From assembly GCF_021869535.1 (NCBI RefSeq), contig NW_026262667.1, positions 1,612,001 through 1,676,000 of the forward strand: DNA of 64,000 nucleotides, written 5' to 3'. Source of the DNA: Mytilus californianus. Lineage: Eukaryota. The notes beneath the pieces are model-generated. The model saw only the letters and a list, made by a program, of their open reading frames with translations, was not told where the DNA came from and made no database searches. Of this stretch, positions 46,240 to 59,139 are shown piece by piece. Each line of letters starts with the position of its first letter. The first letter of the stretch is position 1. The position numbers and the translations under genes are program-made.

Positions 46240-49200
46240 AGTTCATCTTATCACCACCTTCTTAATCAACCAAGCGATGTCACTCTTAATCTTATTTCTA
46301 TTCCTGATGTCAGTTGGATACCATGTATCCCCTACCAAAACAACAAATAGGCAAAATGACAAACTGCTACCCATAAACCAGCTCCTTTACACTGTGTACA
46401 AAAACAACTACATAAAGAATAACCTGAACCACAAAGGAAAGCTGCTATTATACCTGTCAATAGTCCTTCTTACGGGTTCTAATGATATTAAATTAAATCC
46501 TGGCCCATCAGGAAACTGCTCAAGATCAGAAAATAATTCCACGATATATCCATGTGGAACATGTGACAAACCGGTCACATGGGACGACAAGGGAATTGTC
46601 TGTGATACATGTAACCAATGGTATCATGCCCAATGCCAATCCTTAGACACCAAATATTACTTAGAACATGTCAACAATTCAGGAATTGCGTGGGACTGTA
46701 TAATGTGTGAATGTCCAAACTACTCCACATTCTGCTACTCACTAGTCTTCAGTACTTCCAACCAATTCAGCATTCTTTCAGACACACCTCTCGACAGCCC
46801 AACTCCAACACGAAATCTCAGGCCTGTCCACTCATCCACTCCAGATAATACGAGGAAATCTAAAGCAACATCAAACACCACAAGCACAATACGCATGGTA
46901 AATGTAAATTTTCAGTCTATCAAAACTAAGCAAGGCCAACTGTACAATATGCTTGATAGTACCAAACCAGACATCATACTTGGAACTGAGACTTGGATTG
47001 ATTCAAGCATTAAAGACAGCCAAATTTTTCCACCAGGATACAACATATACAGGAATGATCGAAACCTGAATGGTGGAGGGGTCCTAGTTGCAGTACGTGA
47101 CAACTTGATCAGCTCACCAGTCACAGAATTACAAACAGATTGTGAAATGGTCTGGTGCAAACTAGAACTAGTAGGACATAAAGCCATCTACCTAACATCT
47201 TTTTACAATCCCAAAACATCCAATGAAGAGGGATATAAGCAATTTGACATCAGCATGAGTAGAGCTACAAATGTGAAGAATGCATTTATCATTGCAGCCG
47301 GGGATTTCAACCTACCTGGATGGGACTGGAAAAATAACCAACTAAAACCAAAAACCCAAAATGTCAACATTCACCACAAATTTACAGACATTTTAGATGA
47401 CCATGGGCTAACTCAAATAGTTAATGAACCAACTAGAGGAACTAATACCTTAGATTTGTTTATAACAAATTATCCAGACAGCTTTAGGAGAACAGAAGTG
47501 ATACCTGGCCTGTCCGACCATGACATTGTTTATACTGAAGTGGACAGAATACCAGCAAAATCACAACAGAAACCAAGAAAGATCTTCCTTTACAAAAAGG
47601 CAAAATGGCAAAATGTGAAAGACGACCTTCACAATATCAAAGTCACAGCCAAATCACTCTATGATAACAAATCCTCTGTAAATGACATCTGGAACCTATT
47701 TGTAACATCACTAGAAGATAGCGTCAATAAAAATATACCAACTAAGACAGCTCGTAAAAAGGATGGTTGCCCATGGATTACAACAGACCTGAGAAGACTT
47801 ATAAGAAGAAGGGACAAAGCATATAAAAAGAAGAAAAAATCAGGTGATAAAAGGGATACTGCTTCATACAAAGATCTAAAGAGCAAAACCCAAAAAGAAC
47901 TTAGAAAGGCCTATTGGAGATATATCGAGGACATCGTTACACCAAGTAGTGAGTCGGACAGAGGTACTAACTGCATGAAAAGATTCTGGACGTACATTAA
48001 GCATAAACGGTCAGATGGGAGTAGCATACCACCGCTTAAATCAGCAGGCCTACTACACGACGACTCAACTGACAAAGCCAACATCTTAAATGCACAGTTC
48101 CAGGAAGCATTCTCAAGTAAAAATGACCTCAGTAACACAGAATTTAAGGAAAGATGCAACATGGCTGGCCAATACCCCACAGCACCTGATATTACCATCA
48201 CACAAGAAGGAACTAAGAAATTACTAAATGGTTTAAACCCCCATAAAGCTGCGGGTCCAGATAACATCTCACCTATGATCCTTAAAGAACTAGCCAATGA
48301 AATAGCTCCAATACTCCAACTTGTCTTTCAGAGATCATATGACACAGGAGTGGTACCATCATTATGGAAAACAGCAAACGTTTGTCCAGTTTTCAAAAAA
48401 GGAAAAAAGTTTGAACCAATCAACTACAGACCAATATCATTAACCTGTATATGTTGTAAGATAATGGAGCACATAGTAACCAGCCATATCATGTGCCATG
48501 CAGATAAAAACAATATCCTGTATGACCTTCAACATGGATTTCGGAAGAAACTATCATGTGAAACCCAGCTGATAGAATTCATCGACGACATCACCAAAAA
48601 CCTTGATAGTGGCCAACAAACAGACTGTCTAATCATGGACTTTTCGAAGGCATTTGACAAGGTCGGCCATAGTCTACTAACACACAAACTCCAACACTAT
48701 GGAATAAGAGGAAAAACAAACGACTGGATTAAAAGCTTCCTATCTGAGAGAACCCAACGAGTACTAATAGAAGGGGAAACATCTGACTCCATCGATGTAG
48801 AGTCTGGGGTACCACAAGGATCTGTGCTAGGACCCAGCCTCTCCTCTTCTATATAAACGACATGCCAGAAAATATTAAATCAACTGTGAGGCTATTTGCA
48901 GATGACACCATTGCATACATCACAGTAACATCAGATGATAATACCCTCCAGGAAGATTTAGACAAGTTGGCTGTCTGGGAAGAAAAATGGATGATGCAAT
49001 TCCATCCAGATAAATGTCAGGTATTATCAGTAACAAAGAACAGAACACCTATTATAAAGGATTACCGTTTACATAGCCACACTCTGGAGCACGTAACATC
49101 TGCAAAATACTTAGGAGTAACTATAACATCAGACCTTAAATGGGAAAAACATATCGGAAACATTTGTGCCAAGGCAAATAAAACCATCGGATTTCTCAAA

Positions 49201-49843
49201 AGAAACCTCAATATCTCTAACAGCGATATCAAAGAAAAGGCCTACATCTCCCTCGTTAGACCAACAGTCGAGTATGCCAGCTCTCTATGGGATCCATACC
49301 TCCAAAAAGATAAACACAAGTTAGAAATGGTACAAAGGAGATCGGCCAGATATGTAACAAACCGGTACAGTAACAGATCATCCGTTACTGATATGTTGGA
49401 ACAACTAAAGTGGACACCACTTGAAGATAGAAGGAGAAGCGCACGACTATCAATGCTGTATAAGATCAACAATCAGGAGGTCAACGTTGCAGCAAGCCAC
49501 AAACTCGTTCCACCGGACAGGATCTCAAGAAATATGGGCACAAACTCTTTTCAGATCCCACAATGTAACACGACAACAAGGAAAGAGTCATTCTACCCGA
49601 GGACCATCAGGAATTGGAATGCCTTACCCTCCTCAGTTACATCTGTCAGCAGCCTTGAATCGTTCAAGAGGCTCCTGACAAACAAATAAATCAAAAGCCC
49701 TTGTTTTTAATCCCCACTGTTAAATATTTGTATAGCACCTTTTTTGTTTGTTACTTTAATCAAAATTATATTTGCGCACACCCAAAAGTGACAGAATAGT
49801 CAACATGATGACGGTGGTCACTAACTGGTAGAAGTAGAAGTAG
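46240..49843 (+). mobile_element. Near full-length CR1/L2-group non-LTR retrotransposon (single ORF), 5' boundary approximate
   Basis: ORF 46277-49689 with one frameshift; 3' UTR ends in (TAGAAG)n at 49828-49843; no exact TSD found. Confidence 0.92.
46277..49689 (+). pseudogene. LINE polyprotein: 2A-like peptide, PHD finger, APE endonuclease, reverse transcriptase; split by a 1-bp deletion at ~48842
   Basis: DIKLNPGP; C-x2-C…C-x2-C-x4-H-x2-C…WxCxxC; VNFQS, ETW, GGGV, GDFN, TLDL, SDH; DFSKAFDKV, GVPQGSVLGP, FADD. CTCTCCTCTTC here versus CTCTTCCTTTTC in the 43 kb copy. Confidence 0.93.
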
Positions 49844-50169
49844 CTTCATTCTTCCCTGGAATCAGATACAGATTTTCTTACGAATTGCACTAAATAAAGT
49901 GTATTTGCTCCTTGGGATTCGGATCCCTCTGCAGATTTTGGATTGGATTACCAGGTGTTTGTTCATTGTACAAGTAAAGCAATACTTACATATGTAGGTA
50001 ATGTAATGTCAAAAAATGCTAACGATTAATAAAGCAAGCTCCAAGTACTGCTGATATACAACTTCAAAACGAACTTAATGTCTTATATAAATATTGTAAT
50101 GAATGGTGTCTAGATGTAAACTCTATTTACAAACAAAAATAATTATTTTTAACATTTATTTGATCATTG

Positions 50170-50680
50170 TATTCAACTTATCCTATACGGCGGTAAAAAT
50201 TGGGGTGTTATTAATATTACACTAAAGAGAAAATGATTTACTCTTTTTGATATATTGAAGGACTGGGACACCGAAAAACTCCACTTCAAGTTTTGCAAAT
50301 ACATACTTGGGGTCTCTAAACTATGTACTAACATGCATGTAGGAGTTATAACAGAACTGAGAAGACGTCGTCTTTACATAGACATGTTAAAACAAATCTT
50401 GATGTATTGGCACAGACTAGAAAATTCACAATCAAACATGCTCAACCATGCATAAAAGGAATATATTCATTTGCACAGCATAAAGGTCATAACTCTTGGT
50501 TCACAAACCTACTAGTACTCTTTTTTAAAAATTGTAAAAACTGGAGTAAACATAAAAAAGAAATCACTTAAAATTTGTCTCACAAACCCCTTTCTTGAGA
50601 CCTGGAAGAAAGAAAGGTCTTCTTATTTACAATGTACAATGAAGGCAAATTAAGTACATATTTTAAGGATTTGTTTTTCC
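50170..50680 (+). mobile_element. Degenerate LINE RT C-terminal fragment
   Basis: LILYG…WG…EKLHFKFCKYILGV…ELR…YWHRL (ORF 50255-50455). Confidence 0.65.
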
Positions 50681-51278
50681 AATACAGGGTCCAATTCCAG
50701 TTCTAAAATTAAAAAAATAAACAGTCATGGATGAGTACAAGTTTGCTGGTAACAACATTTACTGGTAAAAAATACCAGTATATGGAGCAAAAAAACTCAA
50801 TCACATGCATTGTGCACAGGTTAATATTATTAGATGTTTTTGAAGAAAAACAGGGAATTTTGCCTAAAACTTATAAACTTTCAGTATGAATATATTTTTA
50901 TTTTGCCTTATAAATATACCATACTTGAGGGGCAAAATAGAAAAAAATAAAAAAAATGCCTACCAATTTTTTTCACATATATTTTTTTTGCCTTATTAAA
51001 TTGAGAAACTAAACTAATAATTTATTTAAATTTGGATTATGTCAAAAGATGACAAAAGCTTTGTAACATCTTTATACAAATACCTGAACATAAGTTTTGA
51101 AACAAGACAAAAACTTGGAAAATAAATTTACCAAATTGTCGCACCTGTACGTTTTACTGACATTATAGAGTGGAGTTATCTTCCTTTTACCAAGCTTGTT
51201 CTCCTCTCACAAATTGTTTGTCTTTGTACATGTTATATTAATCATATGATAATGTTTAAAATTGTATATGTTTATTAT

Positions 51279-52315
51279 TTTTTAGCTCACCTGGCCCGAA
51301 GGGCCAAGTGAGCTTTTCCCATCACTTGGCGTCCGTCGTCATTTTCGTCCGTCTTCGTTAGCTTTTTACAAAAATCTTCTCCTCTGAAACCACTGGCCCA
51401 AATTTAACCAAACTTGGCCACAATCATAATTAGGGTATCTAGTTTAAAAAATGTGTATGATGACCCCGCCAACCAACCAAGATGGCCACCATGGCTAAAA
51501 ATAGAACATAGGGGTAAAATGAAGATTTTGGCTTATATCTCTGAAACCAAAGCATTTAGAGTAAATCTGACACAGGTAAAACTGATTATCAGGTCAAGAT
51601 CTATCTGCCCTGAAATTTTCAGACAAATCTGACTACCCGTTGTTGGGTTGCTGCCCCTAAATTGGTAATTTTAAGGAAATTTTGCAGTTTTTGGTTATTA
51701 TCTTGAATATTATTATAGATAGAGATAAACTGTAAACAGCAATAATGTTTAACAAAGTAAGATCTACAAATAGTTGTCATGACCAAAATTGTCAGTCAAC
51801 CCCTTTAGGAGTTATTGCCCTTAATAGTCAATTTTTAACAATTTTTCGTAAATTTTTGTAATCTTTTACAAAAATCTTCTTCTCTGAAACTACTGAGACA
51901 AATTTAACCATACTTGGCCATAATCATTATTTGGGTTTCTAGTTTAAAAAATTTGTCAGATGACCAACCATCATGGCCGACTTGGTTAAAAATAGAACAT
52001 AGGGGTAAAATGCAGTTTTTGGTTTATATCTCTGAAACTAAAGCATTTAGAGCAAATTTGACAGGGGCAAAATGTTCATCAGATTTAGATTTATCTGCAC
52101 TGAAATTTTCAGACGAATCCGACAACCCGTTGTTGGGTTGCTGCCCGTGAGTTAGTAATTTTACAAAAATTTTGCAGTTTTTTGTTATTATCTTAGATAT
52201 CATTATAATATCTAATATCTAAAACTATTAATTATGATTTTAACCTTATTTTACATGATTTCCAAAGCATCAGTAAATACAGGTGAGCGACACAGGCTCT
52301 TGAGAGCCTCTAGTT
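51279..52315 (-). mobile_element. Family A pearl/HINE-like element, inverted
   Basis: TTTTTAGCTCACCTGGCCC … GGCTCTTGAGAGCCTCTAGTT, the reverse complement of the family A ends. Confidence 0.8.
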
Positions 52316-52441
52316 TCTCTTATTCTCTTGTTTGTAATTGATGTGCCCTTATGGGGCCTTTAAAAAGGAAGGAACTGATTTGATTTGATATAGATATTCA
52401 ATGTTATGCCTAATTACATTCTCCATTTCTTTGTTATATAG

Positions 52442-52625
52442 ACACAGAGGATAGATGTACCAGTCCTGATAGATGTACAACATGGTTCTGTTAGATACAG
52501 ATATGGTAGCTATGAAGGAGAACCTAAAAATAAATCTAGCCGTATAGAGAGGCCATTTGAAGGAGATCTGAAAGTTGATAAGAAAAATTATTTCTACCAT
52601 CCTAGATTAAATGACTTTAGAAAAG
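52442..52625 (+). CDS. Plus-gene exon A (TQRIDVPVLIDVQHGSVRYRYGSYEGE…FYHPRLNDFRK)
   Basis: ttatatag acceptor, G|gtcagt donor, 61 open codons. Confidence 0.75.
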
Positions 52626-55600
52626 GTCAGTAAGTCCTCCTTTCTTTGAAGCATTATGGAAAACTTATCAATATTTCTTTTCATCTAGTAGTAATGCAGA
52701 ATAATTCCCAGTGTTTGAAAAGAAAAGTAGATTTCATTTTGGTTTGGTTACTGATACAAATTTTTTATAAAGTAAAAAGAAATAATTTTATAGATAGTTT
52801 TCAATACAGAACATGAAGCTATTATTGTCACATGTTTTACAAATGCAAGTACAATTTAGACTTCTATCAAAATGTGGTAAAATATCTACAATTTAAAAGA
52901 AATACAAACAAACCATAACTTATTAACTTTATTGTGGACAAATATGCAATGTTTACAATGTAAGAAAATCATTAAAAACTGTTTTAAATTATCCAATGAA
53001 ATTTGTTAGTTTGTGTTACATAATTTTTCCAATGTTCAGCCAAGTTAAAACCTTTGCTTTTTGCATTGACATCATGGTTCTAACATGTATTTTAAAATCA
53101 GACTGTCAATCAGGATGGATACCTTAATAGATGATTACAATGCAATCAGTGTGATACCAGATTAATTTATGCATAAACATGATCTTTTACTTGTATTTCA
53201 GATGCTGATCCATCAAAAGAAGATGATTTTAAATTCCTTCATGTCACAAAAGGACCAGCTTCCTGTAAAAATAAGAAGTTATTCTATGTATATGGTCGTG
53301 GATGGAATGCCATAGATGGGAAGAAAACCTTACCTACCATGACTAAAGAAGAAGGCAACGATTATTCCTGGCCACAGATGAGAAAACCAAATAGTTGTTA
53401 CTATAACTTGCTTTTTGAGCAACAAGGTTTGTTTTGCTTACAATGTACACTTCAATTTCCAAAACCAAATCAAATGATATGCTGAATTGACCAATATTCA
53501 GATTGTCACATTAAAACATCAAGAGACTTGATAGCTGTTGAAATCCAAACTGCTAAGGAACTAAGATAAATCTAAGGTAATGTTATCTGTATAATGCCAC
53601 TATGCTCTGTCATTTTTGTCGAGCCTTCGACTTTTGTCGAAAAAGCGAGACATAGCGATCCTACATTCCGTCGGCGGCGGCGTCCACAAATATTCACTCT
53701 GTGGTTAAAAGTTTTTGAAATTTTAATAACTTTCTTAAACTATCCTGGATTTCTACCAAACTTGGACAGAAGCTTGTTTATGATCATAAGATAATATTCA
53801 AAAGTAAATTTGTAAAAAAAAAAATTATTTTTTCCGTATTTTACTTATAAATGGACTTAGTTTTTCTGCCAGGAAACATTACATTCACTCTGTGGTTAAA
53901 AGTTTTTGAAATTTTAACAACTTTCTTAAACTATCCTGGATTTCTTCCAAACTTGGAAAGAAGCTTGTTTATGATCATAAGATAGTATCCAGAAGTAAAT
54001 TTTGAAAAAATTAAATCCAGTTTATCCGTATTTTACTTATAAATGGACTTAAATTTTTCTGCCAGTTTACATTCCATTCAGTCTGTGGTTAAAGTTTTTT
54101 TTTAAATTTTAACAACTTTCTTAAACTATCCTGGATTTGTACCAAACTTGGACAGAAGCTTGTTTATGATTAAAAGCTAGTATCTAGAAGGAAATTTTGT
54201 TAAAATTTTGTTCCATTTTTTCCGTATTTTACTTATAAATGGACTTAGTTTTTCTTCCAGTTAACATTACATACAGTCTGCAGTTTAAGTTTTTAAAACA
54301 TTTATTAGATTCATAAACTATCCTGGATTTTTACCAATCTTGGACAGAAGCTACTTACAATCAAGATAGTATAGAGAGGAATATATTTATTAATTTTTTT
54401 CCTCATTTTTGTTGAGCCTGCGATTAACAGCAAAAGTAGGCGAGACACTGGGTTCCCTTACGAATTTTTAGCTTTAACAGTTAATGCTCTTTTAAATCTT
54501 CTTTATAAATTTAACTAAAATTGACCACTTACAAAAAAACTTAGGTATTGAAGGAATGCTTGTGATGCATTGAAAGAAGAGCTACTTACAAGAGGGTATT
54601 ATCCTCACGTCTAAATTTATTTGATGTGTATGTATTTTGATGCAACTGCTTAAAGTACTTCTACTAAGTAGTTTTGTTTGTAAAAGGTCAATGGATTTTT
54701 ATTGTTGTTGTCTTATATTACTTTGACATTGTTGTTTTGGGGTTAAAAACTTTTCCATATATAGAAAATAAAGTATTTTTGCAGTATGCTAACTAGACCA
54801 CTCTGCTTGTGAGTCATCTAAGACATAAAAATAAAAAAAACATTATTTTTATAACATGTAGAGAATAAAGAACTCTTAGAAAAACTGTTTGAAAAATTTC
54901 CAAATATCTTTCTTCATCTTTATTCGAAACATGTTTTACATTTTTATCACTTAAAAAACATCAATTTAAATAACAATATCTCTAAAGTTGTCCACTTGAC
55001 GTTAAGCAACCAACAATCAATCAATCAATCTAAAGTTGTATAAGGAAAAGGGAAATAACTCAATGTTTACAGTTTAGAAACATCTAGTTGTAATAACAAT
55101 AAACATAATTATATTACACATGAAAGGGTAAATTAGATATTTAGTATTGGTGCATTAAGTCAACTGTTATTTTCATCAAATACATTTTGTTTATTTTTAG
55201 AAACAGAACTACCAGAAATGAGTGAAGAGGAAAGACTGTCTGAAGAACTCTCATCTACACCCAACAAAAATCAGATACAGTATGTTCATTTTTTATTTGA
55301 AAATAAGAAGGAATCTTCAAGACTGCCAAAAACCACAATAATATTTGTAGCACAACAGAACACATTCTGGACTCTGAGGGATAGTTGTCTCATTGGCAAA
55401 CATACCACATCTCCTTATTTTTATATAACTAATAAAATAAAGAAAAAACGTAAATTATATGAACAATGACTGTGCTGAAAAGATCCATTGTTCAGTTTGA
55501 TGGAGTATAACACTATACACTTATAATTTCACTGCCACCCTTTTTTTATGGAGGAAAACCAAGTGTCATGGGTAATCCCTGACCTAATAGTCAAGTGACA

Positions 55601-57478
55601 AACTTTACCACATACCAGCAGATCTTTGACACCTTGTAATTGTAAGTAATCACAGCAAGCATTGAACCCTACCAATGGGATGATCATGATAGGAGAAACA
55701 AATCTTTCCAGGTCTTTTTCAACCAAAATCTTGCCTACACAGTCACCAAACAGCAACCAAGCAACAAAGAAAAACATAGTACTGGTTTATAAATCTAATA
55801 AAGGAATATGTACAATAAAATAGCATGGTATAATCACTACTAGAAGTTTTTAAAAGAATACAGAAAGGAAGATAACTCACTTGAAAAGCGCTTTATGTCT
55901 GAGGATTTTTAAATTTACAATTGTCTGGAGAATACAATGCCTTTCCTTTCAAACGAACTAAAAAAAATACATTACATACATAATGATGATATCTAATGGC
56001 TTTCTATGACTGTTATGGGATTAATTAAAAAATCTTAATGATAAAAATGTTTGTGTTATTATAGTGTGACATTAACAGATACTGATTCTGCCCAGGATGT
56101 AAAGAGGAAGATAGCATTAAAGATTCTTAAAAGTGCAGCTGATATTTTTATTGTGTGTAATAAGGAATTATTGAGGTAAGAAAAACATTGGTTTAATGTC
56201 ATTACTTTGACAACTTTGTTCAGTCCAAGATGAAGATGAGGAGTCTAGTATTTGTTTAAGGAAGAAGCAAGGTTCTCTGGGTAATTATATTTAATTCATC
56301 CCAAACTATAATCACTGCAAGAAATTCAACATCAACTTTGTGATTCAGACTTATAGATGACAAAATCTATTTTTGACTTGTTGGAGACTTTGGACATTTA
56401 TTTTCATACTGCAAAAGTACTTTATTTTCTATATATGGAAAAGTTTTTAACCCCAAAACAACTATGTCAAAGTATTTTAAGACGACAACAATAAATATCC
56501 ATTAACCTTTTACAAACAAAACTACTTAGTTTAACTGGTAGTTAAATTTTAGGTAAAAAAAACATTTTGTAACTGTTAGAAAATGTCTAATGAAACTCTG
56601 GTAATTTCAAATCGTGTTTGATCGTTTGCAGTATTTTCATGGAAAAACCTGTTTTCCATCACCAAATAGAAGTTGAAACTGCTTGTAAATGATTCTTGAA
56701 CACTTCACGAGTGAGAAAATATGTCAAATACACACAAAAAACAATTTAGAAACTTGTGTATGTTTAAACAGGAAGTTTTAATACCATGTGTAAAAGAAAA
56801 TAAATACAGTGAGAGTGATGAAAAATCTGTACTTAATAGATATCACTAGAATACGACTGAAAGTAAAACAGTTCCATCCTTGTGTAAAACAATGTTTAAT
56901 ATATCTATCTCATTAATGTTTGAAGGATCTTAAGCTAAAATAATACACATGCATCAGTATGAAACACCAAAACGGAACGAATAACCGATTACATTTTGTA
57001 GTTTATACATCGTAAGCTGGTTCTCGGTTGACTTATTGACTTTTTTCGTTCCTTTAAATTCAAGCAGATTCCATTTTATTTTAGTGAAAAGAAAAAAGGA
57101 ATTTGTAGTGAAGCATTTAATTTTTAAATTTATCAGTATATATTTGATATTGAATAAAAATTAACATATTAATAATGGATTAGGTAAAATTATTGGTTTT
57201 GAAAATGATGAAAGTGCCCTCTACAATATCAATAACAAACTGTACAAGCCTTTATTCTTAGCCTTTATTAGGTATCAAATCTCTTGATGATGTAATGTTT
57301 AATGGCATTTGATCAAATTAAAACAATTAAACATTACCTACAATATAGGTTAACATATGTGTATATAATGGTTTAATCTTTTTAATACTTTTTTAGGAAT
57401 GAAGATGTAATTGGTGATCAGAGAACAGATGAACAAGGCAACTGGAAGACTTTTAAAGTCACCTTGAATCTTTTTTGA
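52442..57478 (+). CDS. Spliced gene (5 exons, 5' coding exon not identified): uncharacterised protein with C-terminal ubiquitin-like domain
   Basis: Exons 52442-52625, 53202-53426, 55201-55279, 56065-56175 and 57397-57478 total 681 nt (226 aa + TGA). Junctions are GT-AG with phases 1,1,2,2 matching. The C-terminus HVTLTDTDSAQDVKRKIALKILKSAADIFIVCNKELLRNEDVIGD aligns by eye to the ubiquitin D-T-x3-V-K-x-K-I…L-x-D pattern. Confidence 0.8.
53202..53426 (+). CDS. Plus-gene exon B (DADPSKEDDFKFLHVTKGP…YVYGRGWN…YYNLLFEQQ)
   Basis: tatttcag acceptor, G|gtttgt donor, 74 open codons, phase 1 to 1. Confidence 0.82.
53613..54469 (-). mobile_element. Family C element in the intron between exons B and C of the plus-strand gene
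   Basis: Ends and ~165-bp cores match 40865-41555. Confidence 0.8.
55201..55279 (+). CDS. Plus-gene exon C (acidic linker ETELPEMSEEERLSEELSSTPNKNQI)
   Basis: tttttag acceptor, CA|gtatgt donor, phase 1 to 2. Confidence 0.78.
56065..56175 (+). CDS. Plus-gene exon D (ubiquitin-like core)
   Basis: ttatag acceptor, AG|gtaaga donor, phase 2 to 2. Confidence 0.8.
57397..57478 (+). CDS. Plus-gene terminal coding exon (RNEDVIGDQRTDEQGNWKTFKVTLNLF*)
   Basis: ctttttttag acceptor, phase 2 entry, TGA at 57476-57478; no C-terminal Gly-Gly. Confidence 0.75.
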
Positions 57479-58144
57479 CAGCAAACTTTTTTTCATTTGT
57501 TATTGTAACATGCAGGTCATGTTCAATTTGATATATGCATTTATATTGTTTTGTTGTAAAATATCTGTGATATTTATATATTTTTATACAGTTGTACAAA
57601 TTTGTTTTATATATACCCACATGTAAGTATGAGAGAACAGATTATCATTTCAAACCAACTATTGATCATTATATAATTCTAAACTAATTTAACCCACAAA
57701 ATTATTGTTTTTGAAGTTTCATTTTGTAACCCCATTTGAAATAGTTTGGGGCAAATTGTTTTTCAGTCTGTGTGCTCATCTGTCTGTTTGACTATCAGTT
57801 AGTTTTAACTTTTAACTATCACATATTAATAACATTTAAGGATAGTAAGTTATTTAACTTTATAGAATAAGTTTGGTAATAATCTAATCAAGTAATATGC
57901 TTACTAAAACAAGAAGCTGATATACCAATGGAATGTTATTTAAACTTGAATGAAGGCATTTTATTTACAATATTCCTACACTGTTTGTTTAAAAGTTAAA
58001 AAAAAAACATCATTCAGTCTTATTCTTGTAAAAATTTGTCAAACTTGTTATTGGAAAATAAGTTTTACTTTTAAAAGTTATGATTCTCTTCAGCAAAAAC
58101 AAATTTTTCATTGAAAGTGTCAATATCTGAAGTTTCAACCAAAT

Positions 58145-58500
58145 AATATACAATTACTGTTATTTGATGAGGTAAATATGTGGTTTTATTGACAGGCCAA
58201 CGGCCGAAGTGAATATCAGTTTTTCAAAAGTCAATTAAACCACATATTTACCGAAACAAAAGACAGTAATTGTTTTATTCCATATTCTGAAAGAAATGTA
58301 TGTAATGGAAATTATTTACCAAAACCAATTGTACATCAAACGTTTTTTTAACAAAATCATACACGTAAAAGCAGGCAACGTTTTGCGCGGTGAATATACT
58401 TTTTCCGCAGGTGAATATGCTTATTTATTCAAAATCCCATTCATATAGAAACACCTATTAAAGTTTTATCAATATGGAATAAACAAAATTATTGAAATAT
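58145..58500. mobile_element. Foldback/MITE-like element with internal hairpin
   Basis: GGTAAATATGTGGTTTTATTGAC / GTCAATTAAACCACATATTTACC and TTTTATTCCATATT / AATATGGAATAAA inverted pairs. Confidence 0.55.
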
Positions 58501-59139
58501 AATTAAAACTTTATAACCAGTATTAAGCTGACATGCTGCAATCTTTAAATATTTTTTTGGTATATTTGTAATATTTATTGTTCAATGATAATATATATAT
58601 ACGCTATTTTTTAATTATAATACTGTTAAATTATAACCTTATTTTTTTGCAATAAAAATGTTGAAGGTTATGTTATATTTATTTTGATAAGTTTCTGTTA
58701 TGTGAAGTGGTTACATACTCTGAAGTGTGTGATTGCTATTTATAGGTACGATAAAGAATACTCTCTTGACCTGTAAAAGTCATCAAATATATCAAATGTA
58801 TTATTAAGTATGCAAGATGCAGATTTCATCTATATAATTAAGACTCATCAGAAGTGCTCAAATTCAAGGCCAAATCAGTAATGAAGTTTAAATGCACTAA
58901 AAACCAAAAATTCCAACAAGTTATTCCTAATTTGGCTAAGGCCACCTATGCCTGGGGAAAAAAACCGTAATCTTTCTTTTTAAAACAATTTATGAGTAAT
59001 AAATGAAAATAAGATAATCGTCTGAGGGTTAAAAAACTTTGTTTCTATTGATATTAAGAATTCATCATCAGTATATTTACAGAAAATGAATTCATTAATG
59101 AAATTTTAAGAGACATAGATTTATTAAAAATTGTTGTAT

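Noticed and set aside
49910-49930. GGGATTCGGATCCC as a tRNA B-box
   Set aside because: No A-box or cloverleaf; better explained as part of the inverted arm pairing with 45848-45945.
1671-54469. Recurrent similar ORFs (1671, 19171, 19419, 51414, 51914, 53594, 10101)
   Set aside because: They are translations of non-coding pearl/HINE core repeats; the similarity reflects the repeat, not a protein family.
54545-54595. Possible exon RNACDALKEELLTR
   Set aside because: No acceptor gives an open frame compatible with the phase-1 intron.
56224-56280. Candidate 57-bp plus-strand cassette exon
   Set aside because: Open only in phase 1; after exon D (phase 2) it reads CCA AGA TGA.
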